Positions 18,915-27,382 of a DNA stretch of 35,142 nucleotides are shown here, one piece after another. The notes below the pieces were generated by a model. That model had not been told where the DNA came from. It made no database searches and saw only the letters and a list, made by a program, of their open reading frames with translations. The stretch lies in the sequence record SRR22947727_395. One strand, written 5' to 3'. The first letter of the stretch is position 1, and the number at the start of each line of letters is the position of its first letter. Made by a program: the position numbers and the translations under genes.

Positions 18915-20015
18915 ATGAAAATTCAAGCTGCAGTAGTCCGCGAACAATCAGGGCCCTTTGACGTATCCGAACTGGATCTGGCTGAACCTAAAGACGATGA
19001 GGTATTGGTTAAGATCGTTGGCGTAGGTATATGCCACACTGATCTTGTTTGCCGCGATCAGTATTTTCCGGTGCCTTTGCCCTGTGTTTTTGGTCACGAG
19101 GGTAGCGGCATTATCGAGAAAGTAGGCCGCCAGGTCGTCGGCTTTGAGAAAGGTGATCATGTTGCGGTTTCATATAAAACATGTGGTAGCTGCGAACCCT
19201 GTTTGCAGGGACAAATTGGTTATTGTCATGGCCTCTATGAGCACAACTTTAACGGCACCCGGCCTGACGGCAGTAGTGCCCTGAGTGAGAATGGTGAGAC
19301 CGTGCACGGGCATTTCTTTGCCCAGAGTTCCTTTGCCTCCCACGCCCTCTGTCATGCTTCAAATCTGGTTAAGGTCGATCACAGTCTACCCCTAGAACTA
19401 CTCGGCCCACTGGGCTGTGGAATACAGACGGGCGCTGGGGCAGTAATGAATGCCCTTAAACCACAGGCGGGCACATCTATTGCGATTTTCGGCGCCGGTA
19501 CGGTTGGTCTAAGTGCTGTGATGGCTGCTCATATCGTAGGTTGCGGCACTATCATAGCGATCGATCTGAAGGATGATCGGTTGGCTACAGCAACTGAACT
19601 GGGTGCAACACATACAATCAATGCCAGTGATAACGATGTAGTCACCAAAATTCATGAAATAACTGGTTCAGGTACCCATTTCTCTCTCGAATGTACGGGT
19701 ATACCCCAGGTTGCACGTCAGGCTGTAGATTGCCTGACACTAACCGGTGTTTGTGGCGTTATGGGCGTGTCGCCAGCCGGTACCGAATTCAATCTGGATA
19801 TGAACTCGGTACTCTTCGGTCGCTCGGTGCGCGGCATTATTGAAGGCGACAGTGTGCCTAGAGTTTTTATACCGCGGCTGATTGACCTGTACCAGCAGGG
19901 TCGATTCCCTTTCGATAAATTGATCAGCACCTATTCGTTTGCCGACATCAACCAGGCGGTTGAGGACGTTGAATCTGGAAAAGTTATCAAGCCGGTACTC
20001 CTAATGGACGCATGA
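18915..20015 (+). CDS. Zn-dependent aryl/allylic alcohol dehydrogenase (XylB/AreB/GeoA group)
   Basis: CHTDLVCRDQ, GHEGSG, structural Zn CGSCEPC...C, LLGPLGCGIQTGAGAV, GAGTVG and FPFDKLI; 366 aa. AGGAG RBS present. Confidence 0.92.
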   Translation: MKIQAAVVREQSGPFDVSELDLAEPKDDEVLVKIVGVGICHTDLVCRDQYFPVPLPCVFGHEGSGIIEKVGRQVVGFEKGDHVAVSYKTCGSCEPCLQGQIGYCHGLYEHNFNGTRPDGSSALSENGETVHGHFFAQSSFASHALCHASNLVKVDHSLPLELLGPLGCGIQTGAGAVMNALKPQAGTSIAIFGAGTVGLSAVMAAHIVGCGTIIAIDLKDDRLATATELGATHTINASDNDVVTKIHEITGSGTHFSLECTGIPQVARQAVDCLTLTGVCGVMGVSPAGTEFNLDMNSVLFGRSVRGIIEGDSVPRVFIPRLIDLYQQGRFPFDKLISTYSFADINQAVEDVESGKVIKPVLLMDA

Positions 20016-20138
20016 CTTTTTGAGTTTTCATTAAATCTTGCTGATGCCCATTTGCTGTTTTGCGAGTGGGTTGTTCTAAACCTATCGTCCTGAAAACAAC
20101 ACTTTAGTCCCACAAAAAAATCGAAGCGCCATGGAACG

Positions 20139-21509
20139 CTACCGCGCTGGTAATTTTTTACGAGTGACTAAAAAGAGCAGAGCCCCTAGCAATGACCATC
20201 CAATAATAATGATCCATTCCTGTGGCCAAAGCAGCGCTGACGGGCTGCCAGGCATATAGAGAAAAGCCAAACATATAGAGAGTATCAAGGCGAGTATTCC
20301 TATAAAGTACCCAAACGGTACTTTATAAGGTCGCTCTAAATCTGGCTCTTTGAAACGCAAAATCAGGAAAGACAGCGCAACCATGGCATAGGCAACGACA
20401 ATACCCAGACCTCCTGCATTTACCAACCATACCAGTACCGGTCGACCGAAAAAAGGCCCAATGATTGACAGGGCACCTATCAGTAAGATCGCATTGTAAG
20501 GAGTGCGATATTTTGGATGTAACTTGCCAAGAGCTGCAGGTAATAGGTTTGCACGTGCCAAAGCATAGATCGCCCTGCTACCCCCGATAATAAATGCATT
20601 CCAACTAGTCAGTATACCTGCGAGACCTGCGCCTAACATGGCCAAGCGGCCAGCTTCGCCAAACACCACGGAATTGGCTTCCGCTACTATAATCTCTGAA
20701 GTTGCAAATTCCTCTTTATTGAGTACCAAGCTTACACCTAGAACCATTAGCACATACCAAGCAACAGCCATTGCAACTGATAACATCAAAACCGACCCTA
20801 TTTCCCTATAAGGTAAATCAATTTCTTCTGCCGCCTGAGGAATAGTATCGAAACCGACGAACATAAAAGGAACCATAACCAATACCAGGGTAATGCCCGA
20901 TAAGCCATCAACAAAAAGTGGTTCCATGTTGGCAGTATCGCCATTGGCCAGAGATCCTAATACAAACAAACCGCCAACTAAAAGGATAACAATGACTACT
21001 GCTGATTGAACGACGGCAGCCATACGGACACCACGTACATTTAATATGGTCATGGTAACCGCGCCTGCAACACCTACTAACACCCAGCTAAGGTAAACAT
21101 CCCACCCCGCGATTTGCCAGAGAAAGATTTTATCCAGCCCTGGTAATAGAGCATCGAGAACTGTAGGCAAGGCTACTGCCTCAAATGTAACCACAGAGAC
21201 ATAACCAAGAATAACTGCCCAGGTACAGATAAAGGAGCAGCCTGCTCCCATAGCGCGATGACTATAGACATGCTCCCCTCCGGCAAAGGGTAGTGCAGAA
21301 GCAAGCTCAGCATAGGTAAGGCCAATGACTAGCATAATACCGCCGCCAATAAGAAAAGCAGTAATAGCTCCAATGGCACCGGCTGATTCAATCCAAACGC
21401 CAGACAGCACGACCCAGCTCCAGCCGATCATCGCGCCAAAGGCTAAAGCTAAAGCGTCTCGCCGACCAAGTACGCGTAAAAAATTTTGTTGTTCGCCAAA
21501 TGAACCCAT
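20139..21509 (-). CDS. APC-family amino acid/amine permease
   Basis: About 12 TM helices, GAMIGWSW, YAELASALPFAGGE, FVGFD and RPYKVP. Probable start is ATG 21509, because the track start at 21533 lies inside the operator. Confidence 0.92.
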   Translation of the reverse strand: MGSFGEQQNFLRVLGRRDALALAFGAMIGWSWVVLSGVWIESAGAIGAITAFLIGGGIMLVIGLTYAELASALPFAGGEHVYSHRAMGAGCSFICTWAVILGYVSVVTFEAVALPTVLDALLPGLDKIFLWQIAGWDVYLSWVLVGVAGAVTMTILNVRGVRMAAVVQSAVVIVILLVGGLFVLGSLANGDTANMEPLFVDGLSGITLVLVMVPFMFVGFDTIPQAAEEIDLPYREIGSVLMLSVAMAVAWYVLMVLGVSLVLNKEEFATSEIIVAEANSVVFGEAGRLAMLGAGLAGILTSWNAFIIGGSRAIYALARANLLPAALGKLHPKYRTPYNAILLIGALSIIGPFFGRPVLVWLVNAGGLGIVVAYAMVALSFLILRFKEPDLERPYKVPFGYFIGILALILSICLAFLYMPGSPSALLWPQEWIIIIGWSLLGALLFLVTRKKLPAR

Positions 21510-21516
21510 AGCGCAA

Positions 21517-21545
21517 AGAATAGCACATGTCACTCGACATGTTCA
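21517..21545 (-). promoter_or_regulatory. Permease promoter with perfect operator ACATGTC-ACTC-GACATGT (21525-21542)
   Basis: Minus strand reads TGAACA, 17 nt ending TGC, then TATTCT (extended -10), 7 nt before the ATG. Confidence 0.75.
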
Positions 21546-21707
21546 ATTATTCAAATCTGAATTTGCCCGCGCAACTTTGCCAGACTGTCTGAATTGCTGG
21601 CTGCATTTAATATCAGCGCTTCAGCCGGCATAACAAGGTTGATTTATATTGGCACCTTCCACCATCGGATGACTCCATGTCACGGGCAGAGAAGCAGCAC
21701 AGAGGTG

Positions 21708-22268
21708 TTAGGCGTCACCACCATAGAGTTTATCGACCAGATCATAGACTACCGAGCGAATCTTAGCGCTATCATTTTCCCAACGTTTGCCCGGGGCTAC
21801 AAAAACGGTTGTTCCCTCTATGAAAGACATTAGAGTAACAGATTCAATGCGAGGGTTCTTACTTCCAGCCTTGTGGAGTAAACCCTCCAGAATCTGCAAA
21901 TATTCAGCATAGATATCGTCAACCAGATCGGCCACTAATGGCTCCACCTGACCCATGGCCCAGAGTTGTGGCCAAAGTTTATCCGCCTGTAACCTTCCAT
22001 CTGCTGGTTCCGACGAAGCGAATTCCAAGAACCCTTTGATAGTTAGCGGCTCATTAGCTTTTACAGCATCAAAATTGCTGTGGTATATGTCAGCAATATA
22101 AGCCACCAATGCACGCAACATATCTTCCGAGGTTCGAAAATGATACTGCAAAGCACCTAGCTTAATACCGCTAGCTCGAGCTAGGGCCCGCATGCTTAGG
22201 CTGCCATAGCCCTCATCAATAATAATATCAACCGCTGCCTGTAATATCTGCTGTTTGCGCTCACTCAT
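21708..22268 (-). CDS. TetR/AcrR family transcriptional regulator (paralog 2)
   Basis: Same 186-aa length as 7254-7814, with HTH LSMRALARASGIKLGALQYHF. About 60% identical by manual ungapped count. Confidence 0.93.
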   Translation of the reverse strand: MSERKQQILQAAVDIIIDEGYGSLSMRALARASGIKLGALQYHFRTSEDMLRALVAYIADIYHSNFDAVKANEPLTIKGFLEFASSEPADGRLQADKLWPQLWAMGQVEPLVADLVDDIYAEYLQILEGLLHKAGSKNPRIESVTLMSFIEGTTVFVAPGKRWENDSAKIRSVVYDLVDKLYGGDA

Positions 22269-22375
22269 CGATCATAGAATCCGTAACTTTTCCGACTGAG
22301 TAGTGAGTTTACAGAAAAGGATAGCCAGAGTCTCCCAAGATAGGATTATCTAGGTTTTTTAAATGGCTATGCGTG

Positions 22376-23011
22376 CTAAGTCAATTTTCGGTCAGCTGTA
22401 ACGCCGCGAGACTTAATATTGGCAGCCAGGCGCAAAATAAGTGCCAGCAAGCCCAAGACAGCAAAGACAACATCTATTGTCTTTGCATTTTGACTTAGGG
22501 CCTGCTCGGTATAACTCACCCAGATCGCCGCCCAGAAGTACCAGATACCTACCCAATGCAGCCAACTCCATTGGGCGCGACTTAATTTTCGACGCATTGG
22601 ATAAAATGAAGTAACGGTTAGTGCCAATAAAAGGACATAGCTAAGGCTTCGCCCCACAAGATCGCTGGTCTTATGCAACTCATCCCAGTAATAGGCGGGG
22701 TATAAATCCAGTAGCACTGCGATAAAGACCGCCTGCCAGGCAAATCCAGCTGCAAAGGATAAACCGGTATAACGGCGGTTTCTTAACAACCACTGTGAAA
22801 TAGCACCTGGAAAAAGCGTTACCAGGGCTGATGTCACAAAGGCGATAAGTATCCAGGGAGAGGCAAACTGCACAGATAGACGTATCAATTTGACTGTGGC
22901 TTCAGGCGAGGAGATACCTATGATCAGCATCCCGGCAACCATGCCGCCAAGGGTCAACAGCGCAATCAGGTAAAAAAGCGGCCAACCATTCAATACCCTG
23001 TATTGGAGCAA
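22376..23011 (-). CDS. Ferric-reductase-like / MsrQ(YedZ)-like transmembrane protein
   Basis: Six hydrophobic helices with NRRYTGLSF, LALTVTS and WSWLHWVGIWY motifs typical of this domain. TTG start is 2 nt after the upstream stop. Confidence 0.7.
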   Translation of the reverse strand: MLQYRVLNGWPLFYLIALLTLGGMVAGMLIIGISSPEATVKLIRLSVQFASPWILIAFVTSALVTLFPGAISQWLLRNRRYTGLSFAAGFAWQAVFIAVLLDLYPAYYWDELHKTSDLVGRSLSYVLLLALTVTSFYPMRRKLSRAQWSWLHWVGIWYFWAAIWVSYTEQALSQNAKTIDVVFAVLGLLALILRLAANIKSRGVTADRKLT

Positions 23012-23013
23012 GG

Positions 23014-24885
23014 TCAGCTGACTACCTCCCCCACAGCACGAATCGACGCATCAATCGCCGACTGCACATAGGCATAGGCCTCGGAGTCAGAATTGGCAAT
23101 GCTGATTCGGCCAAAGGGCTGTCGTCCAAGCTCGTGAGGTGCCTGCCCTGGTTCCCAACGCGGGTCATGAAGATCCATATATTCATAGGCATAGCCATGG
23201 GACCAACGATTAATGGTAATGGCCTCAATATCCCTATCAGCATCAAAACCGGCCTCACCAAACATACCGGTAAGCTGATGTCGAATTTCTCGCTCATAGT
23301 CAGCAAATGAGGTGGCCATTATTTTGTGCCTGCCAAGCCGACAGAGATCGCGCCCAGATTGTTTACCATCACCCTCTGGTGCAGGCATATGCAGCATATA
23401 CATCACCATGGGGTCGTTCGGTTTGGTTGAAACCTGGTAAGCCCCCAAATTCACGGGCGGTGCGTGGGTGACCAACTCAAAAAAGGTATCAGCACAGACA
23501 TAGAGGGATGCACCACTTTTTCGCACGGGCGCACTGGTTTTAAGCACCACATTGGCACTGATAAAAGGAACTTTGGAACCATAGGCCAGATTTTGTTTCT
23601 GCGTCTCAGGTAGGTCTGGGCAGAGATGTGGAATCATGCCGTTGTATCCGGCAAGGATGCAATGCCTTCCCTGCACCCTAAAGGCACGATCGCCAGACAC
23701 ATAGGAAATATCGACCAGGTCTGAGCCCCTATTGGCAACATTAACCACCGTGCTATTTAAACGAATGCGCACTGGAGCATCTTGCAAATCCAATTGGGAA
23801 TAATCAAAACGACTGGCAACCAACTCCTCCATTGAATCGGCGCCCGCCACCTGAGGGATAAGTTTATTCACAAATAGTCTTGCCACAGAGGCATTACCAT
23901 CGGGGAAAATAGGTGAGCGGTACGCGTTGGGGTCCTCTGGCACATCAGACTCCCCATCTGATTCTGGGAAGCCCATGGCGTTGGCCCCAGGTGCTCCCAA
24001 CTCGATTGCTTCCATAATTGATGCACTGTTAATACCTACGCCCCATATAGCTCGAACCCAGGGTTCTGTTAATTTGGCGCCCTGCTTGGAGAGGCCAACT
24101 CGTTCATTGAGAAACCTGGCATATGAAGTGCTGCGCATATAGGTTTCTTTATCGGACAGGGGAATATCCGGCAAATAGTCTTTCTCACCACTGACCAGAG
24201 CAATCAGACGGCTAGTATCAGTGTTCGATAAATCCAGTGACTTAATCATCGCTTTATAGTCACCAGCACCCGCCCATGTGGACCCCCAATCACCTGAGAT
24301 AATAGTATCTTTGCCATACAGATTTTTATTCAAATAGATACCATAGGGCGCGGCTGCATTTGACAGCGGATAGTCATCTGGCCCTGCATCTTGCAGTGCT
24401 TTAAAGTCAACACCAATATCTTCAAGAACCTGATAGGCGCCGGCACTAAAAGCAGACTGCTCGAGGTTGAGACTACCGCCAGGACCCAGCAACATTTTGC
24501 CCGAAGACTCAAATTCGTTGCGCTTTGCATGGCCACCGAAATCATCATGGTTATCCAGCACTAGAATCTTTACATCGGGTCCCATTTGCTCCTTGTAGAG
24601 ATAAGCCGCAGACAGACCGCTTATGCCGCCGCCCACAATCACCAGATCATAAAGTTCATCTACTGGCTCATACTGTTCAGGTCTCTGCCCCCCCATAACC
24701 AGTGCGTGAGCTACTTCAAAGGACCCTTTGTGACTTCCGCGCATGCCTGTCAGCAGCGGTGGATAATACTCTGTGCCCTTAGCTGTGGTGCTGAATGCAA
24801 GAGAACTGTAAGGCGCAAGGGCGGTGGCCGCCACAGATAAGGCGGCACCATTTAAAAAATCTCGTCTGGTTATTTTATCTCTCAT
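23014..24885 (-). CDS. Tat-exported FAD oxidoreductase, spermidine dehydrogenase (SpdH)-like, paralog 2
   Basis: ITRRDFLNG Tat signal, YYPP.LTGMRGSH.GSFEVAH, DLVIVGGGISG, NHDDFGGHAKRNEF, FPDGNASVAR, NRWSHGYAY and GRISIANSDS. Confidence 0.88.
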   Translation of the reverse strand: MRDKITRRDFLNGAALSVAATALAPYSSLAFSTTAKGTEYYPPLLTGMRGSHKGSFEVAHALVMGGQRPEQYEPVDELYDLVIVGGGISGLSAAYLYKEQMGPDVKILVLDNHDDFGGHAKRNEFESSGKMLLGPGGSLNLEQSAFSAGAYQVLEDIGVDFKALQDAGPDDYPLSNAAAPYGIYLNKNLYGKDTIISGDWGSTWAGAGDYKAMIKSLDLSNTDTSRLIALVSGEKDYLPDIPLSDKETYMRSTSYARFLNERVGLSKQGAKLTEPWVRAIWGVGINSASIMEAIELGAPGANAMGFPESDGESDVPEDPNAYRSPIFPDGNASVARLFVNKLIPQVAGADSMEELVASRFDYSQLDLQDAPVRIRLNSTVVNVANRGSDLVDISYVSGDRAFRVQGRHCILAGYNGMIPHLCPDLPETQKQNLAYGSKVPFISANVVLKTSAPVRKSGASLYVCADTFFELVTHAPPVNLGAYQVSTKPNDPMVMYMLHMPAPEGDGKQSGRDLCRLGRHKIMATSFADYEREIRHQLTGMFGEAGFDADRDIEAITINRWSHGYAYEYMDLHDPRWEPGQAPHELGRQPFGRISIANSDSEAYAYVQSAIDASIRAVGEVVS

Positions 24886-24891
24886 TAATAA

Positions 24892-25335
24892 TTACTCTTC
24901 GCCTGCTACCCAGGCTTTGGTTTCAATAATAATCATCTCGCGAAACTTAACGGGCATATCCCAGGTTCCCTGCCAACCTTTTGGCACAAGAAAGCTATCT
25001 CCCACATCATAAGTCTGCTTTTCACCAGATAGAGAAGTAAGAATAACCTTGCCTTCCAAGACCGTCACAAACTCATCATAGGCAAACGGATAGCTCACAT
25101 CTATCAGAGCGGCCTCGGACTCATAAAGTGCGACCACAAAATCACCTTTATGCACCACTTTTTGCCAGTGCTCATTGGCGCCTGATAGGACCACCCCTTT
25201 TGGCCAAGGCGGAATAGACTCCAGCTCAGTCATCCTGAAGGCGTCCTTATCTAAGGGCAAAACGTCAATCACGGGTTGCGCCGATATTTGCATCGCAGCC
25301 ATAAATAAGGCTGCTAATAAATAAAATTTTTTCAT
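24892..25335 (-). CDS. Secreted cupin (EutQ-like/DUF861 type), paralog of 8037-8480
   Basis: Signal MKKFYLLAALFMAAMQISA; FAYDEFVTVLEGKVIL and GDSFLVPKGWQGTWDMP. Confidence 0.87.
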   Translation of the reverse strand: MKKFYLLAALFMAAMQISAQPVIDVLPLDKDAFRMTELESIPPWPKGVVLSGANEHWQKVVHKGDFVVALYESEAALIDVSYPFAYDEFVTVLEGKVILTSLSGEKQTYDVGDSFLVPKGWQGTWDMPVKFREMIIIETKAWVAGEE

Positions 25336-25380
25336 TGTTTACTCCATTTTCAGTTTTTGTCAGTGTTTTTATCAATCGGC

Positions 25381-27294
25381 TCAAGAGGGTTTTGCCGTTT
25401 GTTCTTCTACTGCCCGCCAAGCCGCGTCAAAAGCGGCTTGCATTAGGGGCATGGCCTCTGAATCAGAATTGGCAATTGAGATACGTCCAAATTGTGCCCG
25501 GCCAATCTCATGGGGTGCATGCCCCTCATCCCAGTCGGGATCATCAAGCCCCAGATAAGAGTAGGCATAACCATGGGGAATCCGATTAACTGTAATTGCC
25601 GTTATATCAGTCTTGTGATTAAAGCCATACTGACCCAGCATTCCCTGAAGCTGATCGCGAATCTGCTGCTCATAGTCTTTAAATGATGTGCCATAAATCT
25701 TGTAGCGACCCAGCCTAAATAGCTCACGCGCAGGCATATCTTTAATATCTGCTGGCGCAGGTGAGGCCATCATAAAGACAGCCATTGGATCGTCCTCGGT
25801 CTGAGGTGGCTGATAGCCCCCTGATGTTACTGTGGGCGCAGCGCTCACCCATTGAAAAGGATCATAGGGACATTGAGTAAAAGTCGTCTCAAGGCCAGCA
25901 AAGGCTCGACCATTTTTTAGCAGCACATTGGCATAGACAAAGGGCACCTTCACGCCATAGCTCAAACCGTCTTTTTGCTCTTGGCTCATGTCGGGGCAAA
26001 GATGTGGAATAAGCCCGTTATAACAAGCCAGAACACAGTGGTCTGCACTGACGCTAAAGGGCTGGCCTTGCTGAACATAATCGACCTTTACATGGTTTAC
26101 ATCTGTCTCTTTTACCCCTACCACTGTGCTATTGAGTCTCAAACGAGTCGGATTACTGTCAAGGTCCAAAGCTGCGTAGTTAAAGTCCGAAATGGCAACA
26201 TCTTCAAAGCCCTTCATAGCCGGTGCAACATCAGGAATTAACTTATGGACCAATAATCGGGCAACCGACGCATCGCCATCAGGAAACATATAGGCCACGG
26301 GAGCGTCCCCTAAAACAAAAGCGCCGGCGAGATCGCTGAGTCGATTGGTCAGCCAGCCCATAGCTTTTAGACCGGGGCAACCAGTACTCAGGGCTTCCAG
26401 GACTGTAAGGCTCCACCCCGCCGGGCCTAATAAAACACTGGTAAAAGCCCCCAGTATGGGCAAGGTTTCCTCAGCTAAACCAACGCGCTCGGTCAAAAAT
26501 TGGTTGTAACTGACGGACTTCACGTATCTGTATTGCTCCAAGAGAGACAAATCATCGAGGAAGTCTCGATCACCACCGAAAAAGGCAATCAACTTAGTCT
26601 GCTCTTCCTCAGGTATGGGCAACTCTTTAACCGCCGCCTCATATCCTTGACCCCCATGGATAAACCCTAACCAGTTGCCACTTAGGGTTTTATGGCCATC
26701 CGTAGTAGGAATCGTCATACCATTATTGGCGCTAATTTTGCCACCGAGCATATAATCATCAGGCGTATTGGCTGTCATTGCAGCTAGAGCCTGATCGTCA
26801 ATACCTATATCTTTTAATAATTCAACCGCCATTGCGCTATATGACGACATAGGCTCGATATTTTGAGCCCCACCCAAACCAAGTACCATATTCCCATCTT
26901 GATGAAATTCATTGCGCTTTGCATGCCCTCCAAAGTCATCGTGGTTGTCCAACAATAGTATCTTTGCGGTAGGGCCCATTTTCTTTCGGTAATACCAGGC
27001 AGCGGCCAGACCGCTCTGTCCTGCGCCTACAACTATTAGGTCATAGTGCTCATCTAATTCTTCATAACTGGACGGTTTTTGTCCATTCCAAGCTAGTGCA
27101 TGAGCAACCTCATAGGATCCCTCATGACTTCCGCGCATACCGGTCAGAGTCGGGGGATAATAATCACCGGGAGATTTTTTAGCGGCTATCGATCCAGCAG
27201 GTTGCGCGATAAGTTGTCCCGGCATCAAAAGGCTTGCACCGGCACCAATAGCGACACCATTAAGAAAATCCCTTCGCGTTATTTTAGAAGTCAT
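25381..27294 (-). CDS. Tat-exported FAD oxidoreductase, spermidine dehydrogenase (SpdH)-like, paralog 1
   Basis: ITRRDFLNG, YYPPTLTGMRGSHEGSYEVAH, VVGAGQSG, NHDDFGGHAKRNEF, NRIPHGYAY and GRISIANSDS. Confidence 0.88.
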   Translation of the reverse strand: MTSKITRRDFLNGVAIGAGASLLMPGQLIAQPAGSIAAKKSPGDYYPPTLTGMRGSHEGSYEVAHALAWNGQKPSSYEELDEHYDLIVVGAGQSGLAAAWYYRKKMGPTAKILLLDNHDDFGGHAKRNEFHQDGNMVLGLGGAQNIEPMSSYSAMAVELLKDIGIDDQALAAMTANTPDDYMLGGKISANNGMTIPTTDGHKTLSGNWLGFIHGGQGYEAAVKELPIPEEEQTKLIAFFGGDRDFLDDLSLLEQYRYVKSVSYNQFLTERVGLAEETLPILGAFTSVLLGPAGWSLTVLEALSTGCPGLKAMGWLTNRLSDLAGAFVLGDAPVAYMFPDGDASVARLLVHKLIPDVAPAMKGFEDVAISDFNYAALDLDSNPTRLRLNSTVVGVKETDVNHVKVDYVQQGQPFSVSADHCVLACYNGLIPHLCPDMSQEQKDGLSYGVKVPFVYANVLLKNGRAFAGLETTFTQCPYDPFQWVSAAPTVTSGGYQPPQTEDDPMAVFMMASPAPADIKDMPARELFRLGRYKIYGTSFKDYEQQIRDQLQGMLGQYGFNHKTDITAITVNRIPHGYAYSYLGLDDPDWDEGHAPHEIGRAQFGRISIANSDSEAMPLMQAAFDAAWRAVEEQTAKPS

Positions 27295-27353
27295 CTTTTA
27301 CCAGCCCTTATTGTTGGTTTATTAGTGCTCTGCATTTATTTTGCCTTTTTTGC

Positions 27354-27382
27354 ATTACATGTCGAATGACATGTGTTACGTT
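27354..27382 (+). promoter_or_regulatory. Perfect operator ACATGTC-GAAT-GACATGT (27357-27374) between the divergent spdH-like and iorAB-like operons, within a predicted iorA promoter
   Basis: Plus strand reads ATTACA (27354-27359), 17 nt ending TGT, then TACGTT (27377-27382). Confidence 0.78.

Noticed and set aside
16286-20015. Calling the locus a linalool/myrcene degradation cluster outright
   Set aside because: The Ldi homolog is divergent, the ADH resembles XylB at least as much as GeoA, and no atu/liu-type genes are in the window. The substrate cannot be assigned from sequence.
21628-21713. attC-like ends GCATAAC...GTTAGGC overlapping the tetR2 stop
   Set aside because: The outer cores resemble integron R boxes, but the inner L boxes are not complementary. 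There is no long hairpin, cassette array or integron integrase in the window.
7022-27374. Repeated palindrome considered as a CRISPR repeat, REP or transposon end
   Set aside because: The copies are 18 bp, kilobases apart and confined to promoter regions, with no regular spacers, cas genes or transposase. An operator explains them better.
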